DNA of 64,000 nt, taken from NCBI GenBank assembly GCA_964016885.1, contig OZ024760.1, positions 186,001-250,000 on the forward strand, given 5' to 3'. Under the pieces are notes generated by a model that worked only from the letters and a program-made list of their open reading frames with translations, was not told the DNA's origin and did not search any database. How positions within the stretch are numbered: position 1 is the stretch's first letter; every line of letters begins with the position of its first letter. Below are positions 1-12,069 of this stretch, piece after piece. The translations under genes and the position numbers were made by a program. The stretch comes from Eledone cirrhosa (lineage: Eukaryota).

Positions 1-534
1 TGTGTGTGTGTGGTGAAGGAGGTGTTAGTGGGTGTTAGTATACAGGAGGTGGAGAAAGGGTTGAATACGGGTGTGAGAGGGGGTCAGTGGTGGTAGGGTG
101 TGTAGAGTGCACCCTCTGTAAGAGGGTGTGTGTGTTCGTGTGCGTAGGGTTGGGGGGTGTTAGTGATGTTAGTGGCGTGTAGAGTGGGTGGTGTAAGTGG
201 GTGGTGTAAGTGGGTGTGTGTGTTCGTGTGCTTGGGGTCAGGGGGTGTTAGTGATGTTAGTTGCGGGGTGGTGGGGTGGGGGTGTGGGGGTGAGGGTTAG
301 TGGTGGTAGTAGGGTGTGTGTTTAGTGTGAGCGCGTGTATATATGTACCGGTGGGTGTGTGCGTGTGATAAGGAGGGGGGGGGAGAAGGGAGGGATGTTA
401 GTATGTTAGTTGGGGAAGGGTGGTCGGATGTGGGGTGGAAGTGTTAGTATTGTTAGTTGTGGGGTGGGCGGTGAAAAGGAGGGGTGTGTTAGTGGTGTTA
501 GTGGGGGATATGTGGGGGGGGGGGGGGTCGAAGG
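1..534 (-). mobile_element. C/A-rich 3' non-coding region of the Neptune-like PLE (runs off the window edge)
   Basis: Directly follows the ORF stop on the minus strand with the same strand-biased composition; similar in character to 39602-40300. Confidence 0.55.
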
Positions 535-1390
535 CTAAAGGAATAAGGGTGGGGAGTTCAGGCCGGGGGGAGTGTGGGTCTGTAGGGTGAAGATGGTTCG
601 TTGTTCGACCCTTAGGAGATTGGCGGGTGTTCCGTGGCATTGGAGTAGGCCACAGACTGTGAGGTGGTGTGCGGAATGTCCAGGGGCACCAAAGTGGCGG
701 GCGATGGGGGAACTACCACCGAGACGAATATCCCGGAGGTGCTCAGTAAATCTGTCCGCCAGGCGACGTCCAGTCTGTCCGACGTAAGTCGCGCTGCACT
801 CCGTGCAGCGAAGTCCGTAGACTAGGTTGGAGGAGGCGCAGCGGAAGGCATGCCGGACAGAGAGAGAGTGGCCGTTGGGACCCTGGAAGGTGGTGGTGTT
901 GGTGATGTGGGGACAGGTGTTGCAGCGGGGCCCAGAACAGGGAAAGGAACCGGGGGGGGGGAGCTGTGGACGAGGAGGGTGCGGAGATTGCGTGGGCGTT
1001 TGAAGGAGGGGAGTGGTGGGGCTGGGAAGATGTGGGAGGTGGAGGGGTCGGACTGGAGGCGTCGGAAGAAGCGGAGGATGGTGCGGTGGAGGGGTATGGT
1101 GGAGGGGTGGTAGGTGACGGGGAAGGGGAGACGGTGGGTGGGTGTGCGGTGGCGTGGGGTGAGGGTGGTGGAGCGGTGGACAGCACAGGCGCGGGTGAGA
1201 GCGGTGTGGACGAGAGAGGGGGTAACCTCTGCGGATGAAATGGCTGACTAGGGAAAGGGCCTGGGACTCAAAGTCAGCATCTCGGCTACAGAGGCAGCGG
1301 ATCCTGTGGAGTTGGGAGTAGGGAATAGAGTGTTTAGTGTGTGTGGGGTGGGAAGAGGTGAAGTCGAGGTAGGAGTGGGAGTCGGTATAT
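535..1390 (-). mobile_element. 5'-truncated Penelope-like element, Neptune-like: RT thumb, Cys linker and GIY-YIG endonuclease
   Basis: Translation shows TDSHSYLDFTSSHP..KHSIPYSQLHRIRCLCS (PLE RT C-terminus), CSGPRCNTC linker, NLVYGLRCTECSATYVGQTGRRLADRFTEH (GIY-YIG), PIARHF, then E and GLN. The His/Pro-rich middle suggests frameshifts. Clade is inferred from motifs. Confidence 0.88.
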
Positions 1391-1581
1391 ATACACAGTT
1401 CAAGAGTAACCAATCTTAAAGAGAGAGATGGCGATAGGAGAGGAGATATGAGCGGAGAGATTGGTGAATTAGTTAGAAGCCAAAGCGTAAAGGCATGTGT
1501 TCAATGTGCAATATGCAGTAGAAAGCAGCTAGGTGGCTGGGTTCATGCAGAAGTTAGGTGCGCAGAGCTGAAAATATTCAA

Positions 1582-2134
1582 TAGTTAAGCAAAACAAGAC
1601 CACACATTTCACAAGTAAGACATTATGCACCAACCAATATATGGAACATTATATTATGTAACATTATCTCATTATAAGGGCGGTAGATTGGCAGTATCGG
1701 TAGAGGGTCGGACGCCATGCTTTGACGCATAGAGTTACGGCCCTTGCTATTCTGAGTTCAAATCCCGCCGAGGTTAACTTTGCCTTTCATCCTTATGAGG
1801 TCGATAAAATAAAGTACCAGTAATGTACTGGGTAATTGCTGGCCTTGTGCCAAAGGTAGAAACAATTATTTTAATTTATATTCCTTTGAAGTTCCGATGA
1901 GCCGCTCTGTCTTTTAAATATATTAATTATTTTCAACTGAACCAGATCAATTATGATATATAGTCATCTGATCCAGAAACATTATATGGAGTAGCGAAAC
2001 AATTGTAAACGGACATTATTATTATTAATATTATTATCATTATTCTCTACATTCCTTACATCAAACTAAAATATGTTGACAATCTTTTAATAATGTCTTC
2101 CTTGTGAAGTTTGTGGTCTTGTTTTGCTTAACTA
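1582..2134 (+). mobile_element. Degenerate PLE-tail fold-back with HHR-like motif (1891-2010), interrupted by a SINE
   Basis: 1582-1626 (tagttaagcaaaacaagaccaca..) is the reverse complement of ~2092-2134. Motif: GTT-CCGATGA-GC..GC-GAAA-CAATTG-TA-AAC, with a U4C core change. Confidence 0.6.
1678..1870 (+). mobile_element. tRNA-derived SINE, family A
   Basis: Box A-like TGGCAGTATCGG, box B GAGTTCAAATCCC, body gcctttcatcc..gtcgataaaataaagtaccag, tail ggccttgtgccaaa..gaaacaattatt; about 11 copies in the window. Confidence 0.9.
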
Positions 2135-2135
2135 A

Positions 2136-2209
<74 letters not shown>

Positions 2210-2212
<3 letters not shown>

Positions 2213-2830
2213 CTGGGTGACATAATCTGTGCTGGGGGAGACTGTGAACGTGCTGTTGCTTCTTGCTGTGTTGCATGGGGTAAATTAAGTAAGCTGTTGC
2301 TCATCCTCACTTTAAGACACATCTCTTTCAAGGTTCATAGCAAAGTGTTTTCTGCTTGTGTTCGCTCCACCATGCTTCATGGCAGTGAGACATCGGCTCT
2401 GAATGCCTCAGATCTGCAACGGCTCAGGCGAAATGATCATGCCATGATTAGGTGGATCTGTGGCACCAAAATTGACAGATGAAACCCCTCCGACCATGCT
2501 CCACCAGAAGCTGGGTGTGGATGAGATCACTGCTGTCCTTCACACACTACATCTCCATTGGTACAGACATGTACAGCGAGTCACATCATGCATCAACTCC
2601 ATCACTCACTTGGCAATCCCTGACACTAGAGATCGCAGCAGACCAAGGAAGATGTGGTTGGAGTGCATGAAGAGTGATTTGTATAAATGGAACTTGGCCA
2701 ATATCGATACTATGGACAGAAATTCGTGGAGAGCGACTGTGAGACATTGCCTGGTGCTGCCTACCTCAGAGTCTGGGACAACTACAGCAGCCTAAAGACC
2801 AAAACTGGATATGGATGGATGGATGGATAT
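2210..2830 (+). mobile_element. RTE-clade LINE 3' fragment (frameshifted)
   Basis: LGDIICAGG..AWGK..STMLHGSET..MIRWICG..LHWYRHV..RPRKMW..DRNSWR; homologous to 15073-16005; ends in a (GGAT)n tail. Confidence 0.88.
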
Positions 2831-2956
2831 GTATATGTGTATATATATATGTATATATATATATATATATGGAAAGTTATATTTAAATTGTTGGGTTACA
2901 ACTAGTAAATATTTATAACTGATATAAAAGCACTCAACAAGTATTTGGAGTATATT

Positions 2957-4274
2957 TACGATATTAAATAAATGGAAACTATATTTATAAAACCATATCT
3001 ATTTCATTATATATATTTCAGGGATATCATATTAACAATATGCTATGTCTTCCTCAGACAAAATACAATATAGACAGTTTTATAGATAAATAGATTTGAC
3101 ATACCGTTCAACATCGACTTGTATTTGAAAAGTTGATTTGGCAGTGAAAAATTGTAAACAAAAAGAAAGAAAGAGAGAAAGAAGGAAAGAAAGAAAAGAA
3201 AGAAAGAAAACAAAGAAAAAGAAGAAAAAGAATAAATGCATGTAACAAAATAGAGAGATGGAAAGATAGATAAAGAGAAGAACTTCATGTAAAGAAACAG
3301 AGAGAGATATATATAGAGAGAGGAAATAGATAGAGATAGATATATATAGAGAAAAGTAGGTAGATGGACATCCGTTGAATAAACGTATCAATGATACATT
3401 TATTTATTTATTTATTTATTTAGCTCTAGTATTAATGTAAGGGAGATATATGTGGTTAGGAGAGAAACCAGCTGTTATATAGAGAGAAAAAATGAAAAGT
3501 AACCAGACATAGGCGAGGCATAAAAACCCTATGTTTTAATGTAGAAGTATTAGTATGTATAAAAACCAGGCACTATAATGTAAATATCAGTATTCCTGAA
3601 TGAGACACGTGTCCATAATGTGTGAAAAGTAATGATCTTATGTTTAGTTTTAAAAAATTCATATGTTTATATGATAACTACAAACATCGATGTGAATTTA
3701 CGTGATCAACTCTGCAAACCCCAATTTCACACGGAGAACATTCTCATTGTGCTATAAAAATTTAAGTATACATATATGTGTATATATATACACATATATA
3801 TAGAGTCTATATTAATTTTAACAATACTATTCTTGTCTTTACTCTACATGATTATCTATCAAGCAGAAATAGAGAACAGATTTCAATATATTAATAAAAA
3901 ATATATTAATAAAAAATATCAGAAACAAAAACAAAAAAAAAAAATAATAATAATAATAATAAATAATAATAAAATAGAAAACTAAAAAATATTACGAAAA
4001 AATATTACATATTAAAAATAAAAATATTAGAAAATACTACAATAATAAAAATAAACCACAAAGATCAACCCTTCAAAATTAATTGACAATATATTGCCAA
4101 GTTCATTATAAGCATCAGAGTCGAAAACAGATAAAGCTAAAAATTATTTATCAAATCGCGTCTAGCAAAAATCATTTCAAAAAGTTTAGGATGCCCATTT
4201 GGTCTACATGCGTTCTTATATTTAATATAGAAGTTTATCTAGTGTAACATTTATTCGAAATATTTGGAGCATCA
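2957..4274 (-). repeat. Left arm of ~1.32-kb inverted repeat
   Basis: Reverse complement of 6062-7378; paired ORFs 3776+/6370- and 3080-/6943+ translate almost identically. Confidence 0.95.
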
Positions 4275-5931
4275 CAAAAGGAATTTTGAAAATGACTTGC
4301 CAGTTAGATTGATCGCACCATCAAAATCGGACCTGGGCAAATTAAGCAAAAACATTCTTGACAGGGTGATACAGCAAATTAAGAACTTGGATTGTTTACC
4401 TAACCTGAGCTTGTGGAAGGGAACTGGAGAGGTTGTTGAGTGGTTTAAGCAAATTAAATATAACAATAATAATAAGTTTATTCAACTTGATATTGCTAAC
4501 TATTATTCTTCTATTACCCCTAATCTACTAAATAAGGCACTAAATTACGCATTCAAACATACAGACCTAACTAGCAATGAAATGCACATTATATTATCGG
4601 CTAGGAAAACATTGATAGAATTTAATGACCAACTATGGACCAGAGCAGATAGAGATAGCAATTTTGACATTACTATGGGATCATCCGACTCAGCTCAGGT
4701 AACTGACCTTGTGGGCTTATTTTTAATCAATTCGCTACATAGGAAAATACCTGGTACCACCGGAGGTTTATATAGAGATGACATGCTTTTACTTATTGAT
4801 AATAATAACTCTGAACTAAATAGAAAAAGTAAACAAATTACACAATTTTTTAATTACTTTAATCTTAAAATAGAAATTGAGAACAACCATAGAATAGTCA
4901 ATTTCCTAGATATAACATTAAATCTCAACACATGTCTTCACTATCCTTTTCACAAGTTGAATGAAAACTTAAACTATGTCAGCTTTAACTCTAACCACCC
5001 CAGATCTGTCAAAAACACTATAGTAAACTCTGTTCAAAAACGTATCTCTAGAATCTCGTCTAATAGAAAGATTTTCGACGAAAAAGCCCAGTACTAGAAT
5101 GAAGCGTTAGCTAGAGCAGGATATAGTGATAAGATTATGTACATAGATAATGATAGACAAACTAAACAAAATAACAACTATTTTAATTACGGCAACAACC
5201 TTAACAACTATAATAGAAAGCATTACAATAATTCCAAAAGCCAAAAAAGAAATAGAACTAGGAACATAATTTGGTTTGCCCCCCCTTTCTCACTAAACAT
5301 TAAAACCCACATCGCTAAACTATTTTTTAAAGCTCTTGATAATCGCTTCCCTAGAACACATAGGTATCACTCAATTTTCAATAGACATACTATAAAATTA
5401 ACCTACTCATCCACCAAAAATTTAGCACAAAATATTAATAGAATAAATAATAGGAACTTAAAACCTAGTGGTAATAGCATAAATAATATACAAGTTAACA
5501 AATGTAACTGTAGAGATAGATCTAAATGTCCGTTAAATAACAACTGCTTAGTTAAAAATATAATATACAATTGTAATGTTAAAACTGACTCTAATTCTTT
5601 TAACTACGTCGGTTCCACATCGACGGAATTTAAACTTCGCTATAATAACCACAAGAATTCTTTCACAGATCCAAGCAAAAAATCTTCAACAGCACTATCA
5701 GGCGTACTCTGGCAACTTAAGCTAGATAACGTTAGATATTCGACGGCTTGGAATATAGTCTCAAGAGGGATTCCTTTTAATTCATCCTCTGAGACATGTG
5801 ACCTCTGCGCAGAGGAGATATTCTTTATACTAAAATCTAAAAATTCCCTTAATCTACGGACAAATTTATTCAGTTGCTGCAAACATAGATTAAATTCAAC
5901 TTTTAAATATAAATTTAAATTTAAAATGTAG
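4275..5931 (+). pseudogene. PLE reverse transcriptase plus C-terminal GIY-YIG endonuclease; one in-frame TAG at 5095-5097
   Basis: VRLIAPSKSDLGK, FIQLDIANYYSSI, FDITMGSSDSAQVTDLVG, GLYRDD, VNFLDITL, SNHP, then CNCRDRSKCPLNNNCL, IIYNC..YVGST..FKLRYNNH, CDLCAEE. ORFs 4264 and 5137 share one frame (QY*NEALARAGY). Confidence 0.92.
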
Positions 5932-6061
5932 TATATTTAGTTTGATTTATAATTATTTGGGAAACGAGCCGATAAATCTTTCGATTTCTTCTTTTTATTC
6001 TTCTTTTTATTTTTATTTTTATTTAAACATTCTTCATGAAAAATTAAACTACCCTAAAAGT

Positions 6062-7378
6062 TGATGCTCCAAATATTTCGAATAAACGTTACACTAGATA
6101 AACTTCTATATTAAATATAAGAACGCATGTAGACCAAATGGGCATCCTAAACTTTTTGAAATGATTTTTGCTAGACGCGATTTGATAAATAATTTTTAGC
6201 TTTATCTGTTTTCGACTCTGATGCTTATAATGAACTTGGCAATATATTGTCAATTAATTTTGAAGGGTTGATCTTTGTGGTTAATTTTTATTATTGTAGT
6301 ATTTTCTAATATTTTTATTTTTAATATGTAATATTTTTTCGTAATATTTTTTAGTTTTCTATTTTATTATTATTTATTATTATTATTATTATTATTTTTT
6401 TGTTTTTGTTTCTGATATTTTTTATTAATATATTTTTTATTAATATATTGAAATCTGTTCTCTATTTCTGCTTGATAGATAATCATGTAGAGTAAAGACA
6501 AGAATAGTATTGTTAAAATTAATATAGACTCTATATATATGTGTATATATATACACATATATGTATACTTAAATTTTTATAGCACAATGAGAATGTTCTC
6601 CGTGTGAAATTGGGGTTTGCAGAGTTGATCACGTAAATTCACATCGATGTTTGTAGTTATCATATAAACATATGAATTTTTTAAAACTAAACATAAGATC
6701 ATTACTTTTCACACATTATGGACACGTGTCTCATTCAGGAATACTGATATTTACATTATAGTGCCTGGTTTTTATACATACTAATACTTCTACATTAAAA
6801 CATAGGGTTTTTATGCCTCGCCTATGTCTGGTTACTTTTCATTTTTTCTCTCTATATAACAGCTGGTTTCTCTCCTAACCACATATATCTCCCTTACATT
6901 AATACTAGAGCTAAATAAATAAATAAATAAATAAATGTATCATTGATACGTTTATTCAACGGATGTCCATCTACCTACTTTTCTCTATATATATCTATCT
7001 CTATCTATTTCCTCTCTCTATATATATCTCTCTCTGTTTCTTTACATGAAGTTCTTCTCTTTATCTATCTTTCCATCTCTCTATTTTGTTACATGCATTT
7101 CTTCTTTTTCTTCTTTTTCTTTGTTTTCTTTCTTTCTTTTCTTTCTTTCCTTCTTTCTCTCTTTCTTTCTTTTTGTTTACAATTTTTTCACTGCCAAATC
7201 AACTTTTCAAATACAAGTCGATGTTGAACGGTATGTCAAATCTATTTATCTATAAAACTGTCTATATTGTATTTTGTCTGAGGAAGGCATAGCATATTGT
7301 TAATATGATATCCCTGAAATATATATAATGAAATAGATATGGTTTTATAAATATAGTTTCCATTTATTTAATATCGTA
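6062..7378 (+). repeat. Right arm of ~1.32-kb inverted repeat (PLE 3' UTR/pLTR) with HHR-like core CTGAGGA..GAAA near 7278-7330
   Basis: tgatgctccaaata..atatcgta mirrors 2957-4274. Confidence 0.95.
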
Positions 7379-8012
7379 TATATATATATATATGTATATA
7401 TATATTGGAAAATGTGTGAAATCCTTGGTACAGTTAGGTATATTTAAAAAAAGGAAAAGAACGACTTCACTTGTAGTTCTAAACAATTTGATTTAATTTT
7501 ATAATATTATGATTTGGTAGATCTAGTAAGTTCTTTGTTAACTTTGGTGGGAAGATTTTAAAAACTCCTGGTTAACTTTCCTGGAGAACTTTCCTGCATT
7601 CGTGGGCTGGAGGCTTCACTAAATGTATGCTTCAGCCTGTCCTCATGGGGGATGTATAGAAGGGAGGGGTGGTGCATACTATATATATGCTTCAGCTTCA
7701 GCCTGTGCCCATGGGAAGGCAGTGTGGTAGGTGATCACGGTCTAAGGCATCCTCGAAAAAAATCAATTCGGGTTGCCTTGTCATTTACAGATATGTGCGT
7801 TTGAACAAAAAAAATACAAGTCAGGTATAGGTAAAGAATTAGTCCATTGTTTTACGGTAGTTGATCCTTAAAGGAGTACGTTAGTATTGCTTATGGGTCC
7901 TTTCCTGGACCCTACCACATAAGTGAAATTTTACGATAATTAAATTTTATATATTCAAATGAAGTTCAGATATAAAAAAATAAGCTTAAAAAGAATTTAT
8001 TATATCAAATAT

Positions 8013-8095
8013 GGTGGATTGGCAGTATCGGTAGAGGGTCTGACGCCATGCTTTGACGCATAGAGTTACGAATCTTGCCACACACACACACACAC

Positions 8096-8136
<41 letters not shown>

Positions 8137-8259
8137 TAAATAGACATTAGATAGAAAGGGCGGTGGATTGGCCTTTCATCCTTACGGGGTCGATAAAATA
8201 AAGTACCAGTAATGCACTGGATAAATTGCTGGCCTTGTGCCAAAAGTAGAAACAATTAT
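8013..8259 (+). mobile_element. Two SINE family A pieces (5' part 8013-8080; internally deleted copy 8158-8259) around a (CA)n tract
   Basis: Matches to 1678-1870. Confidence 0.8.
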
Positions 8260-8656
8260 ATCAAATAAACAAAAAATAAAACATAGACGTTTGAAAAAGT
8301 GGACTTGTTCCCTGGTAACCCCCTGAAACAAGGCCCTTGGTTCAAACACATATATATGTATAGATTTATTTATTACTTCACTCATTTCTCCCTCTTTTAA
8401 TAATTTTTCCCCGCAACTTGTTAATTTTTCCAAATCACACAATGGCTGTCAATATGTTTAAACAGACGTCAGTAGACAATTGAAGCCAACAATGGTGCTC
8501 TCCCCTGATCATATTTTCTACGGCACGCACGTATTTCTCAGCTTAACCAAGCTTTGGAAGTTCATTGCACACATGTATTACACTTTCAACAGAACTGGCT
8601 GCATTTGTTTACACACACACACACATATATATATATATACACACATATATATGTAC

Positions 8657-8692
<36 letters not shown>

Positions 8693-8857
8693 TGAGAGAG
8701 AGAGAGAGTGGGTTGGCTCAGTGTGCAGTCTTTCCTCACTTTAAAAAAATGTTCATGCACAAGCATTGCACGGTAGCATTAATTGATAACTATTAATAAT
8801 GTTATATTGTGCAATGGCCATACTCAATAACGAGGGGCAGCCATCACACGCACACGC

Positions 8858-8933
<76 letters not shown>

Positions 8934-8946
8934 TTATATTGGGAGA

Positions 8947-9060
8947 GGTGGAAAGTCGATTAAATCGATCCCAGTGCGTTACTGGTACTTTATTTTATCG
9001 ACGCCGTAAGTATGATAGGCAAAGCCAACCCCGGTGGGATTTGAACTCCGAATTTAAAGG
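8947..9060 (-). mobile_element. SINE family A-related partial copy
   Basis: ctggtactttattttatcgac..gggatttgaactc is the reverse complement of the SINE body and box B. Confidence 0.75.
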
Positions 9061-9419
9061 GATATAAAATCATAAATGTTATTATTATGACGACCTCAGT
9101 GTTGCTGTTAGCATGATGAAATATTCCCAGTACAACAGAGTGTAATTTTAGGAGCATATACTTATGTCATGATAGATAATATCAGATAATATTACACAGG
9201 TAGAAATGATTATAATTCTTTACCGCTTATATAAATCACAGTATTTCAGTAGTTTATTTTGTTTATAACATTCTGTAGATAACATACAGGATGGGACGGG
9301 GAGAGAAATATTCGCTGACAGTTGTGTCCTAAATGAAGCTTCTAGCTTTAACCTAACAGTACCATTGGGTCAGTAACCATCGATTATTGACAATCCATCA
9401 TTTTCAATCAATACAATCG

Positions 9420-9610
9420 CTGTCAATAAATGTTACCTATAGTTTTAACGACATTTCAATTGGTTGAATATCTCTCAATAAGCGTCCATTAACTATACAA
9501 GCTGGCACGGTTATCTCCGCTGGACAGTATTTTAATTAAGTTTTCTGCACACACGCATTTAGCTTTTAACGTAATTTTTTTCCTCTCGGTTTAACCTGGC
9601 TTCGTGGTTC
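9420..9610. repeat. Unclassified dispersed repeat; second copy at ~11184-11365
   Basis: Both copies share tgtcaataaatgtta..ggttgaatatc..ggttatctcc..ttttctgcacacacgcattta..ctctcggtt. Confidence 0.7.
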
Positions 9611-9629
9611 CTTGAACAGCGTAGATTAG

Positions 9630-9686
<57 letters not shown>

Positions 9687-9729
9687 GTATACATACATGT
9701 GCGTGTTTGTGTGTGTATATATATATGTC

Positions 9730-9925
9730 ATGTTTAATATAGAAATGTCTTATACAGGTACAGGACTAGAACTGATTTATTCAAGTGAAATCATCACGAT
9801 TTCTTTGGAATGAAACAGTTCTGGTCCTGTAGAAGCCATTTCTATATTAAACATGATGGTTATACTCTACTAATGTATTGAGTACCTTACTTGCTGTGGT
9901 TACCCCCGATTGAACCCGGGACTCA
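9730..9925 (+). mobile_element. Fold-back mini-element, family F1
   Basis: Inverted arms tgtttaatatagaaatg../..catttctatattaaaca, then tail gtattgagtaccttac..gaacccg; homologous to 17458, 22013 and 38651. Confidence 0.85.
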
Positions 9926-10159
9926 TATGCAGACACATATTGGGTTGAGTCAGAAATGACCAAAGAAGACTCACTCTAATTTCCGGTTGCGTTTAAAATA
10001 TTGAAAATTCAAAATGCGTAATTACAACTTGCTATTAATAAACAGAAATTATTTATGACTCAACCCCCAGCAGACAACTGATGAGGACCCCTCCCCGTTC
10101 CTGCTTTTTTATTCTTATTTTTAAGCACACCTTATCTAGCAACTACACAACCAATCTTC

Positions 10160-10189
<30 letters not shown>

Positions 10190-10190
<1 letters not shown>

Positions 10191-10323
10191 TTCTGCCTGG
10201 ATTTGCGACCGACAGATAGTATTAGCAATTGGAAAGACCAATGGAAACATTGTTTCCTCAGTCCGATTTGACGAGCTCCACACCATTCGTTAAGCGAATG
10301 AGGTCTGGGATCTTGTCGATCGA

Positions 10324-10325
<2 letters not shown>
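10190..10325 (+). mobile_element. SINE family B 3' part
   Basis: Reverse complement of 39081-39180. Confidence 0.7.
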
Positions 10326-10359
<34 letters not shown>

Positions 10360-10411
10360 CACAAAAGATGGATGAGAGGAGGGGCTGTGTGGTTACTGAT
10401 AACGGGTGTTA

Positions 10412-10570
10412 GAAGGTAAGGAGACACAAAGAAGAGGTGGACAGTTTCCTTTCGTCAATAGTTAACTACGGGTCACGGATGTTTCGGCGCATTATCGAAA
10501 CATCCGTGACCCGTAGTTAACTACTTACGAAGGGAGACTATCCACCTCTTCTTTGTGTCTCCTTATCTTC
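10412..10570. repeat. ~75-bp-arm fold-back centred just 5' of GAAACAT
   Basis: tagttaactacgggtcacggatgtttcg / cgaaacatccgtgacccgtagttaacta, plus outer arms; lies between (TA)n and (CA)n. Confidence 0.9.
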
Positions 10571-10572
10571 AA

Positions 10573-10667
<95 letters not shown>

Positions 10668-10939
10668 ATGGTTTTCTCTCGGTTACATCAGTTAAACAAA
10701 GTACTCATTAAATAAGTAGAGAAGGTACATATTTATTTCACATTTAAATGATTTCATTCGAATGAAATCGTCACTTCAAGTCTTGTCGTGCGTCATCTTT
10801 GTTAAACACAGCAACATGTGATTTGCTACACAATATTTGGCTGCTATTTCTAGCCGCTTGAGCGACCATCTAATGTTCTCCCCCCTTGCCTTGTTTGTGT
10901 ATCGATATTTGCGCGCGGAGTGTGTGTATATATATATAT

Positions 10940-11030
10940 AATGGAAAAATTTGAACAGGGACAAAACAGAGAGGCAGTACAATAAATGTTTATTAATTTC
11001 ACGCTCAGGAGAGTGGGGGGTAGGTATGTT
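10940..11030 (-). mobile_element. Short 3' tip of a PLE tail, homologous to 39602-39680
   Basis: taatggaaaa..ttgaacagg..caaaacagagaggcagtac..tttattaatttcacgctc occurs in both, each abutting (TA)n. Confidence 0.7.
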
Positions 11031-11095
11031 TATATACATTCATTAACATCGGTTGTCGTTCGTCTGTTCTTACCCATTTTCCCTCTCTTTGTCTG

Positions 11096-11155
<60 letters not shown>

Positions 11156-11389
11156 GCCTGGCTTTTCCCATTCATAGAATTGGTGTCAATAAATGTTATT
11201 TTTAATTCTAGGGGCATTTAAACTGGTTGAATATCACTCAACAGGCGTCACAAGCCGACATGGTTATCTCCCCTGGACTATATTTTAACCACGTTTTCTG
11301 CACACACGCATTTACCTTCTAACATCGTTTTTTCTCTCGGTTGAATCTCGGTTTCGTCGTTCATCGAATACCAACATTAAACATACATA

Positions 11390-11675
11390 TATATATGAAT
11401 CTCTCTCTCTTTCTCTGGATGTTTATATATGTATATTTATATATATGTATATATATCTATATTTATAGATATGTATATATATATGTATATTTATATGTAC
11501 ATATATGTATAATTATAGATACATATATGTATATATATATATATTTATATGTACATATATGTATAATTATCTACACATATATGTATATATATATATATAT
11601 ATATATGTTTATATATATATATTTATGTTTATATATATATATTTATGTTTATATATATATATTTATGTTTATATA

Positions 11676-11746
<71 letters not shown>

Positions 11747-11775
11747 GTTTATATATATATATATATATTTATGTT

Positions 11776-11806
<31 letters not shown>

Positions 11807-11825
11807 ATATATATATATTTATGTT

Positions 11826-11858
<33 letters not shown>

Positions 11859-11986
11859 GTATATATTTATGTTTATATATATAATATATATATATATATA
11901 TATTATGTTTATATATATAATATATATATATATATATATTATGTTTATATATACATATATGTATCTATATATTTATATGTGTATAG

Positions 11987-12064
<78 letters not shown>
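11390..12064. repeat. (TA)n-based compound microsatellite, representative of many TA/CA tracts (e.g. 20424-22015, 25530-26545, 29555-29943, 30880-31518, 47260-50280)
   Basis: Direct inspection. Confidence 0.95.

Positions 12065-12069
<5 letters not shown>

Larger units (their letters stand above)
2871..7378 (+). mobile_element. Penelope-like element (Hydra-clade-like), 5'-truncated, with inverted copy of its 3' pseudo-LTR
   Basis: RT and GIY-YIG coding at 4275-5931; arms 2957-4274 and 6062-7378 are near-identical reverse complements; (TA)n on both sides. Confidence 0.92.

Noticed and set aside
1678-1790. tRNA genes at the box A/box B motifs
   Set aside because: No cloverleaf; the motifs are heads of multi-copy SINEs with shared non-tRNA bodies.
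5095-5097. In-frame stop as programmed readthrough or selenocysteine (as in some Naiad PLEs)
   Set aside because: The codon is TAG, not TGA, at a position best read as Tyr (TAC/TAT to TAG); a single nonsense mutation is simpler, and the domain order is RT then EN, unlike Naiads.
2957-7378. DNA transposon with long TIRs
   Set aside because: The interior encodes RT and GIY-YIG, not a transposase, and the arms are the element's own 3' region.
10079-10095. Isolated CTGATGA as a hammerhead
   Set aside because: No downstream GAAA or pairing stems.
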